From positions 35,135 to 99,134 of the forward strand of contig OY969603.1 in the NCBI GenBank assembly GCA_963701315.1: a stretch of 64,000 nucleotides of DNA. The letters run 5' to 3'. The DNA is from an uncultured Acidobacteriota bacterium (GTDB lineage Bacteria > Acidobacteriota > Vicinamibacteria > Vicinamibacterales > Fen-181). Below are positions 42,980-52,199 of this stretch, one piece after another; the stretch's first letter is position 1; every line of letters begins with the position of its first letter. The translations under genes and the position numbers were made by a program. Under the pieces are notes generated by a model. That model saw only the letters and a list, made by a program, of their open reading frames with translations, searched no databases and was not told where the DNA came from.

Positions 42980-43243
42980 CTGCGGTTGTGGACCAGCCTT
43001 CTGGTCACCGATCAGGCGCCGACACTGACCTCGCGCGCCTGTGCGCGTCGAGGCCATGTGGTTCACGCTCGACGTCGCGGAAGGCGTCCGCACGGAGGCG
43101 CAGTGTGCACACGCGCTGCTCCCAGGCCCGGGATGGTTCGGGGGCAGATTCACCACGAATTCCCACGTCCTAGGCACCGATCCGGGGGTGGCGGACCGAC
43201 GCCCAACTCCGAAGTGGGGGATAGGGGCTGACCGGCATCCGCC

Positions 43244-43296
43244 TGTCAACGCTCGATAGAAATGTCCCCTTCCTTCCCTCGATAGAAATGTCCCCT
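43244..43296. mobile_element. Orphan IS end (IS1202/ISNCY- or IS21-like)
   Basis: TGTCAAC terminus followed by two exact 19 bp repeats CTCGATAGAAATGTCCCCT (43252-43270, 43278-43296); no transposase adjacent. Confidence 0.55.
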
Positions 43297-43545
43297 GAGC
43301 AGGTTGACGATTATGGGCTTGTGGGAATGTGGGAACCCCCGGGGCGCGGGATTTCCAAAGCAGCGTGGGCGCGCGTGCTGGGCGCGTCCACGCCGTCACG
43401 GGCCACGGCTCAAGGGCAGACTCTGATGGCGTGCTCTATTGGGATGAGTGGTCCTTCTCGGCGGTGCAGCGCGCTGACATGTCCAGAGAGCCGCGCCAGA
43501 ATGAACCAGGAATCCAGCGATTTCCTGGGGGTCTGCGAGCGGTTG

Positions 43546-43591
43546 TGGTTGGGGGCGCCGGGATTCGGCCCCGGGACGTCCTGCGCCCAAG
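43546..43591 (-). repeat. Degenerate copy of the tRNA-Pro 3' half (att site)
   Basis: Matches 60390-60434 with 3 substitutions and 1 extra G; preceded by GGTTG like the other two copies. Confidence 0.85.
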
Positions 43592-43654
43592 ATCGGCCTC
43601 CACGGCGCTTCGGCGGACCAGCCGCAGCCGTAGCGCCAGTGCCGTCCCTGAGTC

Positions 43655-44044
43655 CTACTTCTTCCGCTTTGCCGACCAGTTCGACGAACCCATGTCGCCG
43701 AGTGTGACCGTGCCCGTGATGCTGTCGCCGTCGACCTTCCCGCTGAAGCCGATCGAGACCTGCTGGCCCCCCATGTCGACGTGGAGGACGTACTCAATAG
43801 TGCCGTTCTCGACGGTGCCTTCGAGCTTGTCCTCGCCGCCCATCGGGTTCGACTGCGTCCCTGTCAGCTTCTCGCCTTCCTGTTTGTAGGTGGCGAGGAG
43901 CGTCATCGGACCCTCCGGTCCCTCCATGGAGATTTCCCACGTACCGGTCACATCGATCTTCTTTGCCTGTGCCGCCTCCTGCGCGACGAGTCCCGCCGAC
44001 AGGCCGAGCATCACCACACCAGCCACGACGATCAGGCGTTTCAT
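43655..44044 (-). CDS. Hypothetical exported protein
   Basis: Signal peptide, DVTGTW...KLTG...FSGKVDGDSITG...WSAKR. Confidence 0.8.
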   Translation of the reverse strand: MKRLIVVAGVVMLGLSAGLVAQEAAQAKKIDVTGTWEISMEGPEGPMTLLATYKQEGEKLTGTQSNPMGGEDKLEGTVENGTIEYVLHVDMGGQQVSIGFSGKVDGDSITGTVTLGDMGSSNWSAKRKK

Positions 44045-44325
44045 CGTATCCCCTTTCGAGTACCTGACAGCATCCGGGGAGGACGTCAGGCCTCTCCTAG
44101 GCCCAGAGACCATAGCAGGAGGTGTAAGGGCGCAGTCGTAATGATTGGTCGCCGCTCTGTAAAGAACTGTCAGCGTGGAACAACCCGTCCAGACGCAATC
44201 GATACGGCGGTTCGGGCCCTCTGGGAGCCGACCACAGGCGTGGAGCCGCGGTCTCCGGTTGAGGGTTCCCTAGTCGGGCGGCGGTCCGACCAAAGCGCGC
44301 TGTTCCCCGACCGTGCTTGCCCGGG

Positions 44326-45450
44326 CTACGGATCGCGCTTCACGGCCGTGCCCGTCGAGCGGTGTGGGGCGGCCTGGTCTCCCGCGAACACCACGTCGTG
44401 CACCGAATCGATGCGAATGCGTGACCAATCGGCGCGCACGGTCACGACGACGGCTTCGCCGATGCGCGAGACGGGCCCGTGCTCGAATCGCGTGTGCCGG
44501 AACAGGGTGACGCGCTGACCTGCCTCGAGGCCGGCGTTCTGCCCTTGATCGATCACCATCAGCCGTCCCGGCGCGCCCAGCATCTTCCCTTCGTCGCCAA
44601 ACAGGACGCGGGCAGGCCTGTCGAAGTCGGGCGCCCCGTCGGCCTTCGGCAAGGGAAGCGGCTCGGGCGTGAACGCCTCCAACTCGTCTCCGAGCATGAA
44701 CTCGTCGCACGCGTACACGACCGCCACGATGGAGGTCGCCTCCGACACCTCGACGACCTGCACGAGTCCGGCCGAGTGCACCCCGGTGGGGACGGCAGCC
44801 TCGTCCCATAGGAAGTCGCTCGCCCGGTAACTGCGGCGCACGACGAAGTTCTGTCCGACAGCCAGCCCGTCGGCGCTTCCGGCGTCGAGCAGGATCGCAT
44901 CGCCCGGAGCGTACATCGTGCGTTCATCCTCGCGAAGCCCGGCAAGTCGCGCGACGGTGATCGGCTCGACAGTCGGGCGGCCCGGGCCGCACACGGAGTC
45001 GATATCGTGCGGTGCCACCGCGGCAGCCTGCACGCGCGGGCGGGGCTTCGGCACGACGACCGTGCGGACCGGCGGCGCCTGGGCCACGACGTTCACGGTT
45101 TCCTCTAGTCCCGCCAGCCCGAGCTGGTCGTTCACGACGACAACTTGCTGTGGTGGGACCGTAATGCTCTCGTGGGTCGCCGTCGCAAACCCGGCGAGTT
45201 CAAACACCGCGGTGCACGGACCGGACGGCAGACCGGTTACGACGTACTCTCCTGCGCCACCCGTTACCGTCGCGATGACGCCGCTCGATCCCGCGCAGGT
45301 GATCGACACGGTCACGCCAGGCAGGGCTGCCCCCGATGGGTCGGCCAGCCGACCGCCGATTCCGCCGCCCTGGCTCCCCTGCGCGAGTGCGTACGAGGTG
45401 GCGCCCAGCAGTACAACAGCGGCCGAGAGAGAAGCCCGACGAAGCAACAT
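44326..45450 (-). CDS. Exported protein with carboxypeptidase regulatory-like domain
   Basis: GRLADPSGAALPGVTV...FELAGF...LGLAGLEETVNV, then a FlgT-C-like beta region. Confidence 0.75.
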   Translation of the reverse strand: MLLRRASLSAAVVLLGATSYALAQGSQGGGIGGRLADPSGAALPGVTVSITCAGSSGVIATVTGGAGEYVVTGLPSGPCTAVFELAGFATATHESITVPPQQVVVVNDQLGLAGLEETVNVVAQAPPVRTVVVPKPRPRVQAAAVAPHDIDSVCGPGRPTVEPITVARLAGLREDERTMYAPGDAILLDAGSADGLAVGQNFVVRRSYRASDFLWDEAAVPTGVHSAGLVQVVEVSEATSIVAVVYACDEFMLGDELEAFTPEPLPLPKADGAPDFDRPARVLFGDEGKMLGAPGRLMVIDQGQNAGLEAGQRVTLFRHTRFEHGPVSRIGEAVVVTVRADWSRIRIDSVHDVVFAGDQAAPHRSTGTAVKRDP

Positions 45451-45862
45451 AACGACCTCGAGGCAGCCGCGCGGGTTCACCGGTCGACGATGTGCAACGG
45501 CAAGGGCCCCCGCCGCTCCCGCGACCGACCGACACACCACCTCGTCTCTGGTATCGGCGGATGTCTGCCGCCGCATCAGGCGCATTTCGGTTCCGGTGGC
45601 TGAGTGTCCACCGCCCGGACGAATCGCGGAGCCCGCGTACCCATGGCAAACCGGAACCCCGCTTGATGTCGGCCTGCCTGCTGTTCCTGGCCGGCTGCTC
45701 CGCGATCGTTTCTTGCGGCCGTTCTCCGGTCACTCGCCCGGCGTCGCTGACCGAGATGGCGAAGTCGGGGCTCGTGAGGGTATACATCGACTCCGAGAGG
45801 GCCCTTGGTGGATGGGCCACGCCTCTGACTCGCGGGATGAGCCAGTGCGTGAAACGTCTCTG

Positions 45863-46849
45863 TCAGGAGCCGAAGCGCAAGGTCACATCCACCGTCCGCG
45901 CGGCCAGGTTCGGCGTGATCGTGACCGTCATCCCGCCGAGGCGGCTGCGAAGTTGCCCGTCCAGGAATTCATACGGCTGGTCCTCGTTGTAGACGTCACC
46001 AGCCTTGAGCTTCCACAGGCCCCTGATCAGGCGTGCCGATTCGTCATCGACCCCTTCGAGGAAGAGGGTGCCCATGCGGAACGGCGGCCCTTCCTCCACG
46101 TTTACGTCGAAGGCCACGCCCCGAGACCGGTCGTCGAACGCCGGAACGGGATTGATGCGCGCTCCCAGGTAACCGTACCGGCCGTAGGCACGCCTTACCG
46201 CTTTGAGTCCCTCGTCGAACTTCAGCCCGCTGGCCACTTCGTTCCGACCGAGCGGAATCAGTAGGTCGAGCTGCGCGGCTTGGAGGACGTGGTTTCCGGA
46301 CCACTTCACCCCCTGCCATGTGTAGGCGGCGCCCTCGTCAATCGTGCCGATAATGACGACGCCGGCGCAGCCCGAGCCCGAGGCCGGATCTCCGAGACGC
46401 CCGCTCACCTCGCGAACGCTCTCGCGGAGATAGCCTCGTTCTCGGTACAGTGGCGCGAGCGCTCCCTGGAGGAAGGCGAGATTCCCGCTCCGCGAGTATT
46501 CGCGCGTCACCAGGGGGATCGAGACGCGCCGGACCTCAGCCTCAAGGGCGGGTTGGACACCCGTGAGCTTCACGTCGCACACGGGAAGTGAAACGCCGCT
46601 CACTTTGAACAAATGGGCGCGCGCACCGGTCGTGACATTCAGCGTGGGAAAGTAGTCGACTTTGCCCGGTAGTCGCCTGTCGGCTAGGAGGGTCGACAGC
46701 GCCGCGGTAACCTGGTCAACGGCCTCACTCGTGTCCGAGATGCGGCCGTCGAAGGCAGGGAAGCGCAAGCGGACCGCCGCGGACACTTGCTCGTCGCTGA
46801 ACCAGGGGAAGTTATCGAACACGACTGGCGTCTCGGTCGTTGCAGCGCC
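45863..46849 (-). pseudogene. POTRA-domain protein, 5'-truncated
   Basis: VVFDNFPWFSDE, LYRERGYL, IDEG..Y, YGRYGYL, VEEGPPF; no signal peptide or plausible start before an upstream in-frame stop. Confidence 0.6.
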
Positions 46850-47394
46850 TTGATTTCAATGAACTGAGCGAATTTCAACTCAGCTTCGATTCGTAACCCT
46901 CGCACTTTGGCAAGGGAGCGAGAAATGCCTACCCTGACGCGGAGCCTGCCAGTCGTCGCTTGTCGTGTTTTTGCCGTGGGTGGCAAATGGGCAATCCAGC
47001 CCCGACTTTTCCGGGACGTGGACCCAGGTCGGGTCTTACATCGACGCGTGGGCCGAGGTGCCAGCGTACACGTTGTTCGGATGCGGGTTATGCCTTTGGA
47101 TAGGATGTTCGGCGCTATCCGTCAGCGACGCACTGGTCAGTATCATCTCCTTTGCAGCGGCGATCTTGTCGATCCTGTACCATGTGTTCAGCGTTCGAGC
47201 AGCCAAGCGTGCGCTGATGAAGATCAGGCGCGCGGCGGGACGGAAGTAGTGCTAAGTCATGCTGACATGCTGAACTGCTGCGATGGCACGGCTACGGTCT
47301 GCTATTAGCCAAGCCCCGAGCGCAACCCTATCGCTATCGGCGTTCCGAGCGACTTCGCCGGCAGTGCTGACTGCCGAGCCGATCTGCCGGTCGT

Positions 47395-47805
47395 GGGCCA
47401 GCACGCCCAGCGAGCGTCCACGATCGTCAGCGGCGATCGTGCGTCGTTCGAGCAGGCCTTGCGCGCAGAGGGACTTGACGTCGCTGGCCATGCGCTCGCC
47501 GTCGCCGCGGTAAAGCCCTCCGCACAGGTCGCGCTCAAACACGACCCGAAAGCTGCCGGCCGCCACGAGTGTCCCGCCCTCGGTGTCTCGCATCCGATAG
47601 CCGCGGTCGCGAGTCGGAACCACCTCACGCTCGTCGCGCCCGGCAGCGCGAAGTGGTTCGACCGCACAGTCGTTGACCGGCGGTTCGGGTCCCGGGTGTC
47701 CGTGTCGCGCATCAACGAGCGCGCGGACGCGTGGTCGCGTGGAGCCGCGCGATCGGCTTCGCGCGCACGTTCATCATCGCGATCGACATCAAGCCCGCGC
47801 GACAT
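47395..47805 (-). pseudogene. Frameshifted remnant of a mobile-element hypothetical protein
   Basis: MSRGLDVDRDDER... continues in another frame as RDRGYRMRDTEGGTLVAAGSFRVV..RDL; decayed. Confidence 0.4.
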
Positions 47806-47900
47806 GGTGTGCCCGAGGCGGCGAGGGCGCGATTCGCGCCTGAAGAGCGGCGGCGTTGCACGGAAAGCGAATGTGGTTCGCCGAGATGGCGCCGATGGGA

Positions 47901-47930
47901 CAGGAGGCAACAGGAAGCAACAGGTGGCTA
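47901..47930. repeat. Three tandem 10 bp repeats
   Basis: CAGGAGGCAA CAGGAAGCAA CAGGTGGCTA. Confidence 0.7.
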
Positions 47931-47989
47931 CGGTCGGCCACAATCGACCGGCGAGAAATGCGACGGATGCCACGCAACAAACGCCAGGT

Positions 47990-48380
47990 TCAACACGAGC
48001 GCCTTCGCAGACCGGCCGACTGGCCAATTGAGGAGCCAGTCGTGCCCATCTCCGAGGACGGCGACGGGGCCCCTGGCTTTCTGCACGACACCGCTGTCGC
48101 CGTCGTCACGTCCGGTCGTGTCTGCGCCAACGCCGGCCGGCCAGGTTGTCCAAGCGAATGCGCAAGAGCCACTTGCCTCGGCCATGGAGCGGCGTCATGG
48201 GTGACGGGAGGGCGCGACTCAGCGCGTGCACGGTCGAAGGCCCGCCTCGACCGGTGCATACCGGGCAACGTCGCGTTGAGGTAGGGACTCGTCTGTTCAA
48301 GACTCGCGTGTCCGAGCATCTGCTGCGCCTCGTGCAGTGGCCAGCCGCCTTCGAGGAGCCTCGATCCTGCTTCGTGCCGT
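47990..48380 (-). pseudogene. Tyrosine integrase C-terminal remnant, interrupted by the RIT element (upstream piece at about 51805-51840)
   Basis: Rejoined flanks read INLHFHDLRHEAGSRLLEGGWPLHEAQQMLGHASLEQTSPYLN (HxxR, LGH, Y). Confidence 0.85.
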
Positions 48381-48500
48381 TTATGCCGCGCGCGGCATAA
48401 GCGGCATTATGCCGAGCCCGTGATTATGCCGCGTGGGGTGGCGCGAGCACCCATCCGCGCGGCGGGTCCCGCCCTTGCGCTGGCGTGGCGCGCGGCATAA

Positions 48501-49493
48501 TCAGAGTCCCTCCAAGAACGCGAGCAGCTCGTCCTTCGGGCGAAAGCGCGCCCGCCCGCACGGCAGCGGCGAGGTGCGCGCCAGGGCTTCCGCCTTCAGC
48601 CGCAGGTCCGCGTGCAGGTACATCTGGGTCGTTTCGACCGACTCGTGTCCGAGCCAGAGCGCGATGACGGCGCGGTCGATTCCGTGCGTGAGGAGGTCCA
48701 TCGCGGTGGTGTGCCGCAGCACGTGCGGGGTGACGCGCTTGGCCCGCAGCGACTCGCAGTGCGCCGCGGCGGCCCGGGCGTGTCGGGCGACGAGACGCTC
48801 GACGGCATCGCGACTGAGCGGCCCGCCGCGGGTGCTGGGAAAGACGGGATCCGACGGCCCGCCCGGATGGCGGCGGAACCACGCGTCGAGCGCCGCCGCC
48901 ACCTCTCGTCGAAGCGGGGTGCAGCGCTCTTTCCGGCCTTTCCCCGTGCAGCGCAGGTGCGCGCCTGGGCCGAGGATCACCTCGCTGCGTCGGAGCCGCG
49001 TCATTTCCGAGACGCGCAAGCCGGTCTGGAGGGCGACGAGGATCAGGGCCCGATCACGGAGGCCGATCCAGGTGGAGAGCTGGGGCGCGGCGAGCAGGGC
49101 GGCGGCCTCCGCAGGCGTCAGGAAGGCGATGGTCTTCCGCTCGAAACGCCGGCTGGGCATCGCGAGCAGCCGCTGACAGGTGAGGGCGTGGGCGGGCTCC
49201 TGGAGGGCCACGACCTGCGCGAACGCGTGAACGGCTGCGAGGCGGGCGTTGCGCGTGCGGCTGCCATTGTGGCGGTCGCGCTCGAGGTGATCGAGGAACT
49301 CACCGATGAACGCCGGCGACAGGTCGTCCATGGTGAGGGCGGACGGCGCCCGATGGAGACGGGCCGCCGCGAACTGCAGCAGCAGGCGGAAGGTGTCGCG
49401 ATAAGCGGCGATCGTGTGGGGACTCGCTTGACGCTGCTGCGTCAGTCGCTCGGTGAAGAAGCGTTGCAGCCATGCGGAGAAGGGCGGCGTCAT
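48501..49493 (-). CDS. ritC: RIT tyrosine recombinase C
   Basis: SPHTIAAYRDTFRLLL, TGLRVSE, GKGRKER, TPHVLRHT, WLGHES..TTQMY. Confidence 0.93.
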   Translation of the reverse strand: MTPPFSAWLQRFFTERLTQQRQASPHTIAAYRDTFRLLLQFAAARLHRAPSALTMDDLSPAFIGEFLDHLERDRHNGSRTRNARLAAVHAFAQVVALQEPAHALTCQRLLAMPSRRFERKTIAFLTPAEAAALLAAPQLSTWIGLRDRALILVALQTGLRVSEMTRLRRSEVILGPGAHLRCTGKGRKERCTPLRREVAAALDAWFRRHPGGPSDPVFPSTRGGPLSRDAVERLVARHARAAAAHCESLRAKRVTPHVLRHTTAMDLLTHGIDRAVIALWLGHESVETTQMYLHADLRLKAEALARTSPLPCGRARFRPKDELLAFLEGL

Positions 49494-50437
49494 GGCAGGC
49501 GCTCCGGGTCGGGACTGGCCAGGCGGGCCGCGACGCTCGCCAGCATGTCGGGGAGGGCTTCCAGGTACCAATAGGTATCCTGCACGTGCACATGCCCGAG
49601 GTACGTCGACAAGATCGGCAGATCCCGCTCGACTGGCCGGCCGGCGCGATACCAGGCCAGGAGGGTCGTCGCGGCGAACCGATGGCGCAGATCGTGGAGA
49701 CGGGGCCCACGCCCGTGGCGATGTCCGGGCGTCGGCGCGCGCAGCCCGGCCTGGCGGGAGACGAGCGCAAAGGTGTGGCGGGCACTATCCCCGGTCAATC
49801 GGCGCCCGTGCTCCGAGACGAAGAACGCGGGCGTGGTGGGGTGCGGGTGCACCCGACGGCGCACCGCCTCGTAACGGTGGAGCGCGTCGATCGTCGACGC
49901 GTGGACGGGCACGAGCCGCGACTTGCCGAACTTCGTGTGGCGAATCGAGAGGAGGGCGTCGTCGACGCCCACATCCGCGCCGTCGAGCGCGAGCGCTTCG
50001 CTGATGCGGAGTCCGGTCGCGGCCAGGAGCCCGAACACCGTTGCGTAGGTCAGCGCGCGGAGCGCGCGCGGGGAGTGCAGGCGGCGTGCGGCCGCGAGGA
50101 GTCGCGCGATCTCGTCGTCGGTATAGATGTACGGACGCCGCCGCTGATACCGATGCGGCAGGAGGCTGGCCGGGGGCACCTCGGTGCGCGGATCCTCGGC
50201 CTGGCGCCACGCGGCGAACCGCCGCGCGATGCCGAGTCGCCAGGCCCAGGTGGCGGGCTGCGCGGTCGCGGGCGCCATGGCCCACCGCACCGCCAGGTCC
50301 CGGGTGATCACGTCGCTGCCTCCGGCTTCTACAAACTCGACGAAGCGACGGAGGAGTCCGCCGGGGGTACGGCAGGCGACGCTGAACCCGCGACGCAACG
50401 CCAAGTACTCCTCGAGCGCGGTGGCCAGGGAGGTCAC
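49490..50437 (-). CDS. ritB: RIT tyrosine recombinase B
   Basis: PYIYTDDEI, TGLRISE, TKFGKSR, LHDLRHRFA, LSTYLGH..TYWYL; ATGA/GTGA overlaps. Confidence 0.93.
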   Translation of the reverse strand: MTSLATALEEYLALRRGFSVACRTPGGLLRRFVEFVEAGGSDVITRDLAVRWAMAPATAQPATWAWRLGIARRFAAWRQAEDPRTEVPPASLLPHRYQRRRPYIYTDDEIARLLAAARRLHSPRALRALTYATVFGLLAATGLRISEALALDGADVGVDDALLSIRHTKFGKSRLVPVHASTIDALHRYEAVRRRVHPHPTTPAFFVSEHGRRLTGDSARHTFALVSRQAGLRAPTPGHRHGRGPRLHDLRHRFAATTLLAWYRAGRPVERDLPILSTYLGHVHVQDTYWYLEALPDMLASVAARLASPDPERLP

Positions 50438-51657
50438 TGGGCACCTCCCGTGTCGCCGGGCCACGGCTGGATGACCGTGCGCAGGCGCTCGAGGTCGACC
50501 TTGGCGTAGATCTCGGTGGTGGCGGCTCCCCGATGTCGCAGCACCGCCCCGATTTCGCCGAACGAGGCGCCGTGCCCCAGCATGCGGACGGCCAGGCTAT
50601 GACGCAACAGGTACGCGCCTTTTCGCGGCGGATGCAAGTCGGCGCGGCCCAGGGCCTTCTGCACCACGGAGGTCACGCCGCCGGCGCCGCGAAAGCCGCC
50701 GCGCGGGGCACGAACGCGCAGGAACACGCGGCGGCAGGCACTCGCCGGCCGGTCACGACGCAGGTAGGTCGCCAGCGCCTCCCCCACGTCCACGGGTAAC
50801 GGCAGACGCTCTTGGCGCAGCCCCTTCTTCGCCCGGATGCACACCGTGCCGGCGCGCCAGTCGATGTCGTCCAGCTCCAGGGCGACGACTTCTCCGCCGC
50901 GGAGGCCCAGCCGCGCCAGCAACAGCAGGATCGCCCGGTCACGACGGTCCGTCGCGGTGTCGCACGGACAGCGGGCGAGCAACCGCTCGACGTCGGCGGG
51001 TGGCAGCGACTTCGGGATCGTGCTGTGCCGCCAGTCGCGCACGGTGAGCACCGCCGGACTCAGGTCCCTCGTGTAGCCTTCCTGGAACAGATAGCGCAGC
51101 AGCGCCCGCAACACCCAGACCACGTGCTTGGCGCGCGGCCGGCGGCGTTTCGCCACCTCCTCCTGCAGGTAGGAGGAGACGCCGGCCGCCGTGAGGCTGA
51201 CGGACCCGTCCGCGCACAGATGACGCGCCAGGAACGGACGCGCGAGGTCCACATGCGTCGCGATCGTCGTGGGACACAGCCCCCGCTCGACGCGCAGGTG
51301 CCGCTCGTAGCGTGCCAGCCATGTGTCGACCGGAGAGGCGGCTGCCGGAGCACGCCCCGCCGTCACGCCGGCGCTCCGGAGGTGCGCCAGGAAGTCTCGC
51401 AGCGTGCGGCCGTGCCGAGCCCGACCGGCGCGTTGGGTCTGAAAGAACTCCTCGAGGGCCGCCTCGTCCAGGGCGCCCAGCGCAACGGGTCGCTCGGCCA
51501 CCCATCGCGCGAACGCTTGGAGCCCGTACAGCTTGGTCTCAATCGTCCGGGGCGTGTACCCACGACCCACCAAGGCGTCCGCAAACGCCTGGTACAAATC
51601 GTGGCGGTCAAACGGAACCGTCGTCGCCGCCGCAAGTCCGGGGACCCGATTCGGCAT
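50434..51657 (-). CDS. ritA: RIT tyrosine recombinase A
   Basis: RDRAILLLLARLGLRGGE, AYLLRHSLA, VLRH...TTEIYAKVD. Confidence 0.93.
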   Translation of the reverse strand: MPNRVPGLAAATTVPFDRHDLYQAFADALVGRGYTPRTIETKLYGLQAFARWVAERPVALGALDEAALEEFFQTQRAGRARHGRTLRDFLAHLRSAGVTAGRAPAAASPVDTWLARYERHLRVERGLCPTTIATHVDLARPFLARHLCADGSVSLTAAGVSSYLQEEVAKRRRPRAKHVVWVLRALLRYLFQEGYTRDLSPAVLTVRDWRHSTIPKSLPPADVERLLARCPCDTATDRRDRAILLLLARLGLRGGEVVALELDDIDWRAGTVCIRAKKGLRQERLPLPVDVGEALATYLRRDRPASACRRVFLRVRAPRGGFRGAGGVTSVVQKALGRADLHPPRKGAYLLRHSLAVRMLGHGASFGEIGAVLRHRGAATTEIYAKVDLERLRTVIQPWPGDTGGAQ

Positions 51658-51879
51658 GTCGTCCTCCCTCCCGGCACCTCGTGCCCTGGGAAAACGACAA
51701 CCGGATTATGCCGACTGCGGCAAGAAGAAACTCAGTGGATTGGAACGACAGGCGCGCAGGTGGGGCGTGCTATCGGCATAATCACGGGCTCGGCATAATG
51801 CCGCAAGTCGTGGAAGTGCAGGTTGATTGTCCGGCCCTGTTCCAGTGAGGCAGGAGGCGGGCGCGTGCATTCCCGTCTG

Positions 51880-52035
51880 GCGGCGCGACTCGTTTACCGC
51901 GCCAGAACCGGTCGAACACGTGCGGGGCGGCTTCAGGCGGCAATCGACATCTCGTGTTGGCGGTCACCACCTCCACGGCACCTGAGACCTCGACGGCGGT
52001 CACGTCGATGCGGCCCCGTCTTCCGACACGATCTC
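51880..52035 (-). pseudogene. Histidine kinase HATPase_c-like fragment
   Basis: GRIDVTA...VEVVTANT..LPPEAAPHVFDRFWRG. Confidence 0.4.
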
Positions 52036-52199
52036 GGACATGACTCGAACCGCGAGAAGACCAGGTCGCACGCTGCTCATGATCGCTGCAAAGAACCCAG
52101 GGGCTGCCTCCAGCTTGCGTATTCCGCGACGTAATGAGCTCGTCACTTTGCGGCCGGCGACCGAGATTCACCAGCCGGTCGGGCTTGTGGGCCACTGAG

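Larger units (their letters stand above)
48381..51804 (-). mobile_element. RIT (recombinase-in-trio) element
   Basis: Three overlapping tyrosine recombinases; perfect 31 bp IRs (48401-48431 / 51774-51804); 20 bp palindrome at 48381-48400. Confidence 0.95.
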
